Origin: Gammaproteobacteria bacterium
GTDB taxonomy: Bacteria; Pseudomonadota; Gammaproteobacteria; JABABF01
Direction of reading: 5' to 3'
Length of the DNA stretch: 64,000 bases
Assembly (NCBI GenBank): GCA_965237805.1
Contig: OZ250153.1
Span: 768,001 to 832,000, forward strand
The notes under the pieces are model-generated. The model searched no databases, was not told where the DNA came from, and saw only the letters and a program-made list of their open reading frames with translations. Position 1 is the stretch's first letter. Each line of letters starts with the position of its first letter. A program made the position numbers and the translations under genes. Shown here piece after piece: positions 19,521 through 29,001 of this stretch.

Positions 19521-20322
19521 CGAGACCGTCCAGCTGGCTGGCACCGACATTCAGCTCACAGCTCTTGCCGCCGTCGATCACCAGCGAGGCACCGGTGATG
19601 TAGGAGGCCTCGTCGGAGGCCAAGAACAAGATGGCGTGCGCCACCTCGACGGGATCGCCAATGCGCCCGTTGGGCACCGAGGCGGCAGTGCCCTGCTCGG
19701 CTTCCTCGGTGGGCAGCGTCGCCTTGGTGCTGGGTGTCATGACCACGCCGGGGATGACCACATTGACACGCACGCCACGACGCGCACCCTCAAGGGCGGC
19801 ACTGCGTGTCAGACTGATCAACGCCGCCTTGGCTGCGCTGTAGGCCGATGCACCCGGGATCGTCAGCAGCGCCATCACCGAGGACACATTGACGACGCTG
19901 CCACCACCGCGCGCCACCATGCCGGGCAAGACCGCACGCAGGCCAAAGAACGAGGCATCCAAGGAGGTCGCAAAAGCGGCACGCCACTCGGCGGTAGAGG
20001 TGTCGGCGATCATGCCACCAGCATAGGAGAAAGCGTTGTTGACGAGGATATCCAAGCGCCCTTCGCGCTCCTCGACCTCGCTGACCACGGCGGCGAAGCG
20101 CTCTTCGTCGGAGACATCGGCGACAACCGCCCGCGCCTTGCCGCCATCGGCCACAATGCGCTCGGCCACCTGCTGCGGCGGTTCTGGGCGACGCCCACAG
20201 ACCACCACCGTCGCGCCCTCAGCGGCCAAACGCAGCGCTGTCGCCGCGCCGATGCCGGTGCCACCGCCAGTGACCAAGGCCACCTTGCCCGCCACCCTGC
20301 CGCCAGCTTTCGCTGTCCCCAT
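19513..20322 (-). CDS. Short-chain dehydrogenase/reductase
   Basis: TGGGTGIG, NNA, YSAAK, RVNVVIPG, YITGASLVIDGG motifs. Confidence 0.9.
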   Translation of the reverse strand: MGTAKAGGRVAGKVALVTGGGTGIGAATALRLAAEGATVVVCGRRPEPPQQVAERIVADGGKARAVVADVSDEERFAAVVSEVEEREGRLDILVNNAFSYAGGMIADTSTAEWRAAFATSLDASFFGLRAVLPGMVARGGGSVVNVSSVMALLTIPGASAYSAAKAALISLTRSAALEGARRGVRVNVVIPGVVMTPSTKATLPTEEAEQGTAASVPNGRIGDPVEVAHAILFLASDEASYITGASLVIDGGKSCELNVGASQLDGLDG

Positions 20323-20576
20323 AATCAATCGCTCCCGCAGGCATGCCCTGCCGCTGGCAGATATCGTCCTACCGCATGGCAAGCACCATATGGTGCCACC
20401 AGCACGCTACAAAAAAGCCTGAAAATACTGCCCGCGACGCCAGATTAGCATAGCACAGCCACCGCCACCAGCGCGCCCTGTGGACGGTACAGCACTCGAT
20501 GTCGGTGCTAAAATAATCAACACAAGCAGTGGTCACCAGCGACACACTGGCGGCGACTATTCAAGGAGACGCCCCC

Positions 20577-21521
20577 ATGCCACTAGATCCGCAAGCCAAA
20601 GCCGCATTGGAGTTCCTCAACCAGCCAGAGATGCGGCTCGATGCCGCCGAATGGCCAACCGAGGCTCGCAACTCGATGGTCCTGCCGCCGCCGGAGAATC
20701 CCGAGCAGGTGGCGCGAGTGGAGGATATCAGCATCGACGGCCCCGGCGGCGACTTGCCGCTACGCCTCTACCACCCCGGCGACCCAGACGGCGAACATCC
20801 GCCAGCGCTGGTGCTCTACTTCCACGGCGGCGGCTTCGTTTTCTGCAACTTGGACACCCACGATGCCCTGTGCCGCACGCTGTGCAACAGCACCGGTGCC
20901 GCCATCCTGTCGGTGGACTACCGGCTGGCACCAGAGGCCAAGTTTCCGGCGGCACCGGAGGACTGCTACGCCGCCCTGTGCTGGGGTGCCGCCAATTCAG
21001 AGCAGCTGGACATTGATGCCGGGCGCATCGCCGTGGCGGGCGACAGCGCGGGCGGCAACTTGGCGGCGGTGACCGCCTTGATGTCGCGCGACCGCGGCGG
21101 GCCGACGCTGAGAAGTCAAGTGCTGATCTACCCAGTCACCAGCCAGATCACGAATTCGCCCTCCTACACAGAAAACGGCGAGGGCTATTTCCTGACCCAA
21201 TCGGGCATGGAATACTGCATCAACCACTATCTGAACAGCCCCGAGGACAAGCAAAACCCGCTGGCCTCACCGCTGCTGTCCCCCGATCTCAGCTCCCTGC
21301 CCCCAGCCGTCGTCGTGACCGCCGAATACGACCCACTGCGCGATGAAGGCGAGAATTACGGTCGCCGCTTGGCCGAAGCCGAAGTGCCGGTATGGATGCG
21401 ACGCTACGACGGCATGATTCACGGCTTTGTCAGCATGGGCGACATGATGGATCGCGGCAAAGAGGCTCTCGCCGACATCTCCGAGCAGCTGCGAGTGGCG
21501 CTGGCACCCACCAGCGCCTAA
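20577..21521 (+). CDS. Hormone-sensitive-lipase family esterase (copy 1)
   Basis: HGGG, YRLAPE, GDSAGG, DPLRDE, HGF motifs. Confidence 0.9.
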   Translation: MPLDPQAKAALEFLNQPEMRLDAAEWPTEARNSMVLPPPENPEQVARVEDISIDGPGGDLPLRLYHPGDPDGEHPPALVLYFHGGGFVFCNLDTHDALCRTLCNSTGAAILSVDYRLAPEAKFPAAPEDCYAALCWGAANSEQLDIDAGRIAVAGDSAGGNLAAVTALMSRDRGGPTLRSQVLIYPVTSQITNSPSYTENGEGYFLTQSGMEYCINHYLNSPEDKQNPLASPLLSPDLSSLPPAVVVTAEYDPLRDEGENYGRRLAEAEVPVWMRRYDGMIHGFVSMGDMMDRGKEALADISEQLRVALAPTSA

Positions 21522-21610
21522 GGCTGGGCGAATGGCGGCCGCGCAGCTCCTGCCCTGCCCTAGCATTGCAGCTGAGCCCCTCGCTCAGCTGGCCAGCTAG
21601 GAGCCCTGCC

Positions 21611-22588
21611 ATGCCACTGGATCCCCAAGCCGAAGCCCTGTTGGCGCATTTCAACCAGCCCGACACGCAAATCGACGACTCCATCAGCAACACCGAGCGG
21701 TGGCTGGCCCAAGGCCGCAAGGCGATGGCAACCGTCATGGTGCGCCCGCACTCAAAGCAGGTGGCGCGGGTGGAAAACCTCAGCATCGACGGCCCCGGCG
21801 GCGAGCTGCCGATGCGGCTCTACCATCCCGGTGGCGACAACCCGGTGCCGCTGGTGCTCTATTTCCACGGCGGCGGCTTCGTCTTATGCAGCATCGATAC
21901 CCATGACGATATGTGCCGCACGCTGTGCCGACACACCGGCGCGGCGCTGCTGTCGGTGGAGTACCGGCTGGCTCCCGAGGCCAAGTTTCCGGCGGCACCG
22001 GAGGACTGCTATGCCGCCCTGTGCTGGGCTGCCGCCAATGCGGCGCAATTGAACATCGACCCCGAGCGCCTCGCCGTGGCTGGCGACAGCGCTGGTGGCA
22101 ATCTGGCGGCGGCAGCGGCGCTGATGGCGCGCGAGCGTGACGGGCCGGCCTTGCGCAGCCAAGTGCTGCTCTGTGCGCTCACCTCCCTGCTGCTGGACTC
22201 CCCGGCCTTCGACGAGATCGACCCCAGCTACCTGCTCAACAAGCAGGGTCTGCAACGCTGCGTGGACAGCTATCTGAGCAGCCCCGAGCAACGGCGCGAC
22301 CCGCTGGCCTCGCCGCTACTGGCCGAGGACTTGAGCACGATGCCCCCGGCCATCATCGTGACCGCAGAATACGACCCGCTCTACGATGAAGCCGAAGCCT
22401 ATGGCCGCCGCTTGGCCGAGGCCGAGGTGCCGGTGTGGATGCGCCGCTACCCCGGCATGATCCACGGCTTCATCAATATGAGCGATTTCTTGGATCGCGG
22501 CAAAGAGGCGCTGGCCGATGTCACCCAGCAGCTGTGCGCGGCGCTGGAGCTGGACCCCGCCGACGCACCGGAAGCCGCGACCGGCTAG
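21611..22588 (+). CDS. Hormone-sensitive-lipase family esterase (copy 2, tandem paralogue)
   Basis: Same motifs; long nucleotide tracts shared with copy 1. Confidence 0.9.
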   Translation: MPLDPQAEALLAHFNQPDTQIDDSISNTERWLAQGRKAMATVMVRPHSKQVARVENLSIDGPGGELPMRLYHPGGDNPVPLVLYFHGGGFVLCSIDTHDDMCRTLCRHTGAALLSVEYRLAPEAKFPAAPEDCYAALCWAAANAAQLNIDPERLAVAGDSAGGNLAAAAALMARERDGPALRSQVLLCALTSLLLDSPAFDEIDPSYLLNKQGLQRCVDSYLSSPEQRRDPLASPLLAEDLSTMPPAIIVTAEYDPLYDEAEAYGRRLAEAEVPVWMRRYPGMIHGFINMSDFLDRGKEALADVTQQLCAALELDPADAPEAATG

Positions 22589-22802
22589 CGGGCGCAGCGC
22601 TTAGCCGGAGTAGCCGGAGCAGACAAGCCAGAACCCAACTGCTTGCGACTGCATTTGCAGCAGAATAAGTGCCAATGCACCGATCCCCCACGGGGGTAGG
22701 CGAACGGCGGCTGACGTGACATCCAGGTGCCACCAATGCCAGGCCATCGGAAAGCTGATTAAATTTATTGTTCACCCCAGCAACTAACGAGGTTGATCAG
22801 CT

Positions 22803-23750
22803 GTGCGTTGGAAGCAAAAAGAACTCATACAAAATGCTATTTCATGCCTCCCTGCCCCCATATCCCATGCACTCTATTTTTGGCTCCAAAGACATTTTGG
22901 ATCTTTGCGACAACCTTCGATAACGGATCGCTTGTACTCTGCCGTCGAGCTTTGGAAAAAATTGCTGCATCAAGGGCACTCGCCATCCGAGAAAATATTT
23001 TTAGAGGTCGGCACAGGGAGAATTCCCGGCGCCCCGCTAGCGTACTGGTTAATGGGGCGGAAAAGACTGTCACCATAGATCGGGTGCCTGCCGTGAAAGC
23101 AGCATTGGTGGCAGAGAGTCTTCAATATATCTGACAACACAGAGGAGATTCTCAACCTCTTTGGCTCTTATATCAACCTGGCAAGGTTCGACTCGCTACT
23201 GGCATTCCGTCGAGACTCCCACTTCTCACTGCCTGCTTTTTTCGAGCTGTGCTGTGTGGACTATATTGCACCCGGTGACGCTGCCGACACCCATTTAGCC
23301 GATCAGTGCATTGATTTCCACACATCGATCAGCGTGTTTGAGCATATCCCATTGGACGCGCTAGAACAGATTCTTAGGGAAGGGAACAGAATCACGCGAA
23401 ACAATGGACTGTTTGCTCACTGGATCGACTATAGCGACCATTTCTCGCATACTGACTCAACGCTATCTGCAATCAATTTTCTTCAATATCCTGATCGCGA
23501 ATGGCTACGATACGCCGGCAATCAATATATGTACATGAATCGATTGAGGCATGACGATTTTCTCAGTCTATTTAAGTCCGCTGGTCATCGCCTCATGGAG
23601 GTGGTGTCCATGACAGATTCCCGTATACCAAAATTGTTGGAAAATGAAGACCTGCATTTAGATGAGCAATTCGGCACCAAGCCGTCGATGTGCTGGCCAT
23701 TACAAAAGCGTGGATCATATCGCAGCAAGCCAGCTGACAAGTCGCCATGA
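22803..23750 (+). pseudogene. Frameshifted SAM-dependent methyltransferase
   Basis: FLEVGTG in one frame, GAEKTVTID in a second, YIAPGDA...SVFEHIP...HWIDYSDH...MNRLR in a third. Lower GC than flanks. Confidence 0.7.
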
Positions 23751-23873
23751 TAAAAACTAAAGCAAAGTCCGCCGCTTAGACCTATGCTTGTGGAAACGAG
23801 TTCCCGCAATAGCGTGCGACCATCCGCCGCCACTACTGTTACTGTCTGAGCCCCCAGCTGCTGGCTGGCCAGC

Positions 23874-24983
23874 TCAGCGCGCCGTCGCCGCCGCCACCTC
23901 AGACAGCTTGACCACCCGTGTGCGCAGCGGCTCCGGCGTCGCCTCGGGCAGGAACCAACGCAGCCAGATGCGCCCAGAACGATGCCCCTGTGGGCTGATC
24001 CAGTTGGGGTGGGAGGGGTCGCTGTGCGCCACCACCACCGTCCACGAGCCGTCCTCGTTGTACTCCGCTTGGCCGCCGTTGATGGTGCAGCGCTCGTAGT
24101 CGAAGTTGTAGGTGTGCAAGAACTCGTTCCACAAACACAGGTTCCAGAAGACGCACTCGGGCGAGGTGCCGTCGATGATCAGCGCCTCGTCGTCGGCCAG
24201 CACGAAGCTGCCCATGGCATAGGCGGCGTCGCCAGCGGCCCAGCCATAAGTCTGCTTGGGCACCGGCTCCGGCGTTTGGATGACATTGGCCTCTTCCGCC
24301 TTGGGCTGCGGCAAGGGCACCATCGCCGACTGCACCTGCACCCAGACGATGACGGCGCGCAGGCGCTTGGCCAGCTCAGCATCCGTCATCCGATACGGCG
24401 GAGCATCGTCGAGGCATTCGATCCGCCACTCGACGCGGCACCCGCTTTCCGGGTGGATCATGTAGTCGCGGGTGATGGCGACGACGGCATCGTCCTCCAA
24501 TTTGACAAAGGCACCGTCCCAGTCGGCTGGCTTCTCCGACGCCATCATGAACTCGAAGTTGCCGTCGGCGTCGATCTCCAAGCGGCGATCGTTGATGGTG
24601 TCGACGATGCGCTCTGAATAGTGGCCATCGCTCGGCCCGCCGTAGACCGTCAGCGACAGGTAGACAGCGTCGCCTTTGTTCCCACGCACCATGTAGCGAC
24701 GCTTGGGATCTACCGGCGCGAACTGGTAATAGGCATCGGAGTTATCGCCGCCCCACTTCTTGTACGGGCCGACGATGTCGACGAAACGCGGCCGCTGGGT
24801 GTCGGCCCACAGGTAGCAATCCAAGCCGACCCGCAGGATCGAGAAAATCCACTTGTAGCCCGCCAGCGCCGACTGCTCGTCGGGCGGTGCCAGCTCCCCG
24901 TCGATGAACTTGTTGTCCAAGCCCTTGAGCAAATCCATCAATTCAGCAAAGACAGCTGTACTTTCTAAGTTGTGTTGGCTCAT
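23874..24983 (-). CDS. DUF1214-like domain protein
   Basis: KWGGDNSDAYY, YLSLTVY, DADGNFE, DEALII, FWN, NEDGS...V.H.DP.HPNWI...GH..G....RW pattern. Confidence 0.75.
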   Translation of the reverse strand: MSQHNLESTAVFAELMDLLKGLDNKFIDGELAPPDEQSALAGYKWIFSILRVGLDCYLWADTQRPRFVDIVGPYKKWGGDNSDAYYQFAPVDPKRRYMVRGNKGDAVYLSLTVYGGPSDGHYSERIVDTINDRRLEIDADGNFEFMMASEKPADWDGAFVKLEDDAVVAITRDYMIHPESGCRVEWRIECLDDAPPYRMTDAELAKRLRAVIVWVQVQSAMVPLPQPKAEEANVIQTPEPVPKQTYGWAAGDAAYAMGSFVLADDEALIIDGTSPECVFWNLCLWNEFLHTYNFDYERCTINGGQAEYNEDGSWTVVVAHSDPSHPNWISPQGHRSGRIWLRWFLPEATPEPLRTRVVKLSEVAAATAR

Positions 24984-25127
24984 GTTCACCGCAGGGCTCC
25001 TCGTCCCCATTCAGTCCCGATGATTGTCTCTTGCCACGACACGGCACTTGTGCCTAGCGATGTCGCACCATAACATAACGCGCACGGGTGGCAACAAGTG
25101 GGCAAATCGCCAAGGGGGGGGGTGGAG

Positions 25128-26330
25128 ATGGCATTTGGAGATGGGCCTGACGACGCGCAGCTGCGGCGCACTTGGCACAGTTTTTGCGATCAACTCAAGG
25201 AGGCTGGCGAGCTGGCTTTCAGCGACGGTGTGCCGCCTAACTCGCTGGATCGCGCCGCCGGCCTGCGCTTGGTCGCCCGCAACATCCCGCTGGCGCTGGC
25301 CTTCCACTTCGAGAACTGCGACCCGCTGCGCCCGGAGATCATGCGCTACTTCGACCCAAGCCGAAAGCAGGGGGGCGACAACGGCGATGCCGTCTACTTG
25401 GGCGCGCAGATCGACGGCCGCTTGCGCTACCGCATCAGCGGGCGGCGCGGCGCGGCGCGCTATCTCGCCATCACCTCGGTCGAGCGCGGCGACACACCGT
25501 GGGGCGGCGGTGTCGCCGACAGTCTGTTCAACGAGCAGCTGAAGACCGATGCCGACGGCAACTTCGAGCTGCTGCTGGGACCTGAGCAGCCCGCCGACAG
25601 TGCGGTCAACTACCTGCGCACCACCCCAGACACCTTCCGCGTAACTTTCCGGCAGTTCTTCGCCGACTGGCAGGGCGAGGAACCGATGACGGCACGCATC
25701 GACTGCCTCGATGCCCCTGATGAGCCCGCTGCGCCGCTCAATGCTGCCGCTCTGGAGCACGGCTTGGCCGAGTCTGTCGACTGGCTGCGCTTCTCGACCA
25801 GCTACTGGGCGGAGAAGATGGATCTGTGGCGTGCGCGACCGCTGGAATTCATCAGCTGGCACGAGATGGAGCACCGCAAGATCGACGCCACCCCGGGCGG
25901 CACGCCGCTGATCTGCTGGTGGGAGGCCGCCCCAGACGAGGCGGTGGTGGTGCGGGTGCGCCCGCCTCGCTGCAGCTACTGGAACTGCGAGTTTGGCAAC
26001 TATTGGTTCGAGACCATGGATTACCGTCAGCGCCGCTCCAGCATCAACTGCCACCACGCCACGCTGGAAGACGACGGCGAACTGATCATCGTCATCAGCC
26101 ACGAGGACAGCGGCCACGCCAACTGGATGGATCCCAGCGGCCACCACAGCGGCTATATGACGATACGCTGGATGGAGGCGGACGACACGCCGCGCCCACA
26201 ATGCCAGCGGCTGCCGATGGCGCAGCTGGCCGAGGCGCTGCCGCCCACTGCCAAGCGCGTCGACGCCGCCGGTCGTGCGGCGCAGCAGGAGGCGTTGCGG
26301 CGCGGTGCCTGCCAGCGCTTCCGCTGCTGA
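25128..26330 (+). CDS. DUF1214-like domain protein
   Basis: KQGGDNGDAVY, DADGNFEL, DEAVVV, YWN, DDG...ISHEDSGHANWMD..GH..G....RW pattern; divergent from its paralogue. Confidence 0.75.
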   Translation: MAFGDGPDDAQLRRTWHSFCDQLKEAGELAFSDGVPPNSLDRAAGLRLVARNIPLALAFHFENCDPLRPEIMRYFDPSRKQGGDNGDAVYLGAQIDGRLRYRISGRRGAARYLAITSVERGDTPWGGGVADSLFNEQLKTDADGNFELLLGPEQPADSAVNYLRTTPDTFRVTFRQFFADWQGEEPMTARIDCLDAPDEPAAPLNAAALEHGLAESVDWLRFSTSYWAEKMDLWRARPLEFISWHEMEHRKIDATPGGTPLICWWEAAPDEAVVVRVRPPRCSYWNCEFGNYWFETMDYRQRRSSINCHHATLEDDGELIIVISHEDSGHANWMDPSGHHSGYMTIRWMEADDTPRPQCQRLPMAQLAEALPPTAKRVDAAGRAAQQEALRRGACQRFRC

Positions 26331-26363
26331 ACACCGTGGCACTTAGCGCAGGATGATGACAAG

Positions 26364-27653
26364 ATGACTGACAGCGACACAGAACGGCCCGCCGAGCGCA
26401 GCTGGCAACCGACACCGCACCCGGACTGGGTGACGGCGACCAATCGCGAGGGCGAAAAATTGGATCTGTGCAGCGTGGTGCCGCTGGACGCGGCCTCGCT
26501 GATGGCCGCCGCCAGCACGGGTGCTGGCCTGACGGACTTCGGCGAGGATGACAGCGGCTGGCGCGAAGGGCTGGAAACTTTGTCGCGGGCACTGGACGAG
26601 GAGGCTCAGTTGAGCTTGATCGGTCGGCTGATGGCGCGCAGCGATCTCATCATCCACTTGCAGGCGCGACTCAATCTGGCAGCGCTGTGGAAGGCCGAGA
26701 CAGTGGTGCTGGAGCAAGAGATCCGCCGACCGCTGTTCATCGTCGGCTTGCCGCGCTCGGGCACTTCCATCCTCTACGAGTTGCTCTCGCAGGATCAGCG
26801 CTTCCGCGTGCCGGCCAGTTGGGAGGCGCTGTTCCCCTGCCCGCCACCGGGCACGGCGGGGGCGGAGCACAGTGAGGCGGCGCGGGCGGCGAGCGCCGAT
26901 GCGCTGTTGCGGCAATGGGCGCAGGTGGCACCGGAGTTCGCCACCATGCACGAGATGGGCGGGAAGATCCCCTGCGAGTGCGGCATGTTGATGGCACCGA
27001 CCATGCTCAGCGACCACATCGTCTCGCACTACCAAGTGCCGTCCTACCATGTGGCACTGGCCGAGGCCGATATGGCTCCGATCTACGCCTACCACCGCCG
27101 CATGTTGCAGACCCTGCAATGGCGGCGCGGCGGCGAGCACGGCTGGTTGCTCAAACAACCCGGGCACTTGGGCCTGTTGCCACAGCTCTTCGCCACCTAT
27201 CCCGACGCACGGCTGATCCAGACCCACCGCGACCCGCTCAAGTGCATGGCCTCGGCCACCAGCCTGCTCGGCACGCTGTACTGGATCCGCTCAGACGCAC
27301 CCTTCGAGGCCTCCGCCTTCGAGGACCTCATCTTTGGTGCCGCCACCGCAGGGCGGCTCACACAGGCCAGTGCTTGGCGCGATGAGGGGGCGATCCCGGC
27401 AGCGCAGATCATGGATTCACGCTACCAAGACCTAATTGACGATCCGGTGGCGGCGGTGCGGCGCATCTACGACTTCCTCGAGCTACCTTTTGGGGAGGCG
27501 GAAGCCGAGCGCATCACCGACTATCTGCGGTGCAAGCCCAAGAGTGCTGCCGGAGTCCACAGCTACGAGCATCTCAGCGCCGAGCAGGCGAACAAGGAAC
27601 GCCCGCTGTTCCGCGACTATCAAGCGCGCTTCGGGGTGCCGGACGAGATCTGA
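26364..27653 (+). CDS. PAPS-dependent sulfotransferase family protein
   Basis: PLFIVGLPRSGTS, WLLKQPGH, PDARLIQTHRDP motifs. Confidence 0.88.
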   Translation: MTDSDTERPAERSWQPTPHPDWVTATNREGEKLDLCSVVPLDAASLMAAASTGAGLTDFGEDDSGWREGLETLSRALDEEAQLSLIGRLMARSDLIIHLQARLNLAALWKAETVVLEQEIRRPLFIVGLPRSGTSILYELLSQDQRFRVPASWEALFPCPPPGTAGAEHSEAARAASADALLRQWAQVAPEFATMHEMGGKIPCECGMLMAPTMLSDHIVSHYQVPSYHVALAEADMAPIYAYHRRMLQTLQWRRGGEHGWLLKQPGHLGLLPQLFATYPDARLIQTHRDPLKCMASATSLLGTLYWIRSDAPFEASAFEDLIFGAATAGRLTQASAWRDEGAIPAAQIMDSRYQDLIDDPVAAVRRIYDFLELPFGEAEAERITDYLRCKPKSAAGVHSYEHLSAEQANKERPLFRDYQARFGVPDEI

Positions 27654-27739
27654 AGATAGGCGCGCCGGGTGGCCGACCGAGCCCACTTGAAGGTGATGAC
27701 TGAGTTCCAGCCAAGGCTAAATATCGCGTTGCCGCAGCA

Positions 27740-28019
27740 CATGGTGCACCTCATCTCTTGTTTAGCCGCAGTGCGTCATTAAGATCACAGTCGTTTGCTT
27801 TCCGCAGACAAGCAATTAGTCAAGGTGGCGAGAGAAGACGGGATGCGTTGCCATGACACCCTCTGGGTGATTGACAAATTGGAATCGGAACAGGTCTGCT
27901 CTCAAGCCCATTTGATCCACGTGCTTGAAAGCTGGCTCGGTGATCTAAGGGTCAGTCCACTAAACAAGGACATCCATAGCAGACTTGACCGACTACGGTG
28001 CCAACCCGGCTCGTCGTGA
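27740..28019 (+). pseudogene. Remnant of a PIN-like (DUF3368-type) protein C-terminus
   Basis: LLSADKQLVKVAREDGMRCHDTLWVIDKL resembles the LLTGD..LR..A..EG..VHGTLW pattern; N-terminus missing. Left boundary approximate. Confidence 0.4.
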
Positions 28020-28154
28020 TTGCCAGCTGGGTATTGTGTTGGCAGGATGCCGAGGCAATACTGCCCACACCCAGTGGGCAGTGATGACACAGCAAGAAGT
28101 TGGAGAAACGCACCACGCAGCGCGATATGATCCCTAGGCGACTGCGGCTTGTTT

Positions 28155-28470
28155 TAGTCTATACACTGGAACTGTAGGAGCACTTGATAGCGGCTTCACA
28201 TGTTGGAATCAGATCGCCAGACACATGGATACAACGTTCCACCTGAGACCCAAAGGATTCGGCGCGGTAACCCCAGTGCACACATTTGACCGCAGCTTGC
28301 ATCGCCACAGCCGACATATCCACTTGCGGCTCTTCAAACGACTCATATTCGTACATGAACTGCACCATTGCATCCGCCTTACTCCCACCGATGAACAGTG
28401 GGGTTTTCACCACGGCACACCCGGACAAAATAACCAGCAAGCCGATTGCCGTGAGATGGCGATAGTTAAT
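28155..28470 (-). pseudogene. YecR-like lipoprotein, apparently frameshifted near the C-terminus
   Basis: Lipobox LSGC, GGSKAD..V...YEY..FE.PQVD, C..WGY..AE.FG. The expected C-terminal RYQVLLQFQCID* is in another frame and no clear start is seen. Confidence 0.55.
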
Positions 28471-28553
28471 TGCCTTGTGCCTCCAGCAATTTAGAACCTG
28501 ATCAGCAAGTTCAGCACATTGCCAATAGCCTTGGCACCACTGACATGATATTG

Positions 28554-28820
28554 TCAGTCAGCCATCGCCTTCAAGTGGGCATTGAGCCGCCGCTTGTGGC
28601 GGGCGGCCTTGTTGGCGTGGATAACACCTTTGTTGGCCAGCTGGTCCAATTTGGCACTCGCCGCCCGGTACAGGGTCTGCCCGACCTCACGATCCTCGGA
28701 CCCAATCGCCGCCAATACTTTCTTCACCACCGTGCGGCCAGCGGCGCGTTGCCCTGAGCGCAACTGCCGTCGCTTCTCGGCCTGCCGCGCCCGTTTCGTT
28801 GCCTGATTGCTATTGGCCAC
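28554..28820 (-). CDS. rpsT: 30S ribosomal protein S20
   Basis: MANSNQATKRARQAEKRR...KGVIHANKAARHKRRL. Confidence 0.97.
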   Translation of the reverse strand: MANSNQATKRARQAEKRRQLRSGQRAAGRTVVKKVLAAIGSEDREVGQTLYRAASAKLDQLANKGVIHANKAARHKRRLNAHLKAMAD

Positions 28821-28866
28821 AACTCACTCTCCGCCCAGCACAAATTCCATGCTAAGCGCTAAGCGC

Positions 28867-28894
28867 ATTATCGCCAGCGCGGCGGCGCTGTCAA
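28867..28894 (-). promoter_or_regulatory. Putative sigma70 promoter of rpsT
   Basis: TTGACA-N16-GATAAT on the minus strand followed by a GC-rich discriminator. Confidence 0.5.
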
Positions 28895-29001
28895 CTGCGC
28901 ACTGCCAGTCTGGGCGCTCTGTGCCACTTGAGAAATCATCCTACAGGTGCTACGATGTTTTGTCCACGCGCCCGCTCTAATTCAGGTGTCACAAACAGAC
29001 T

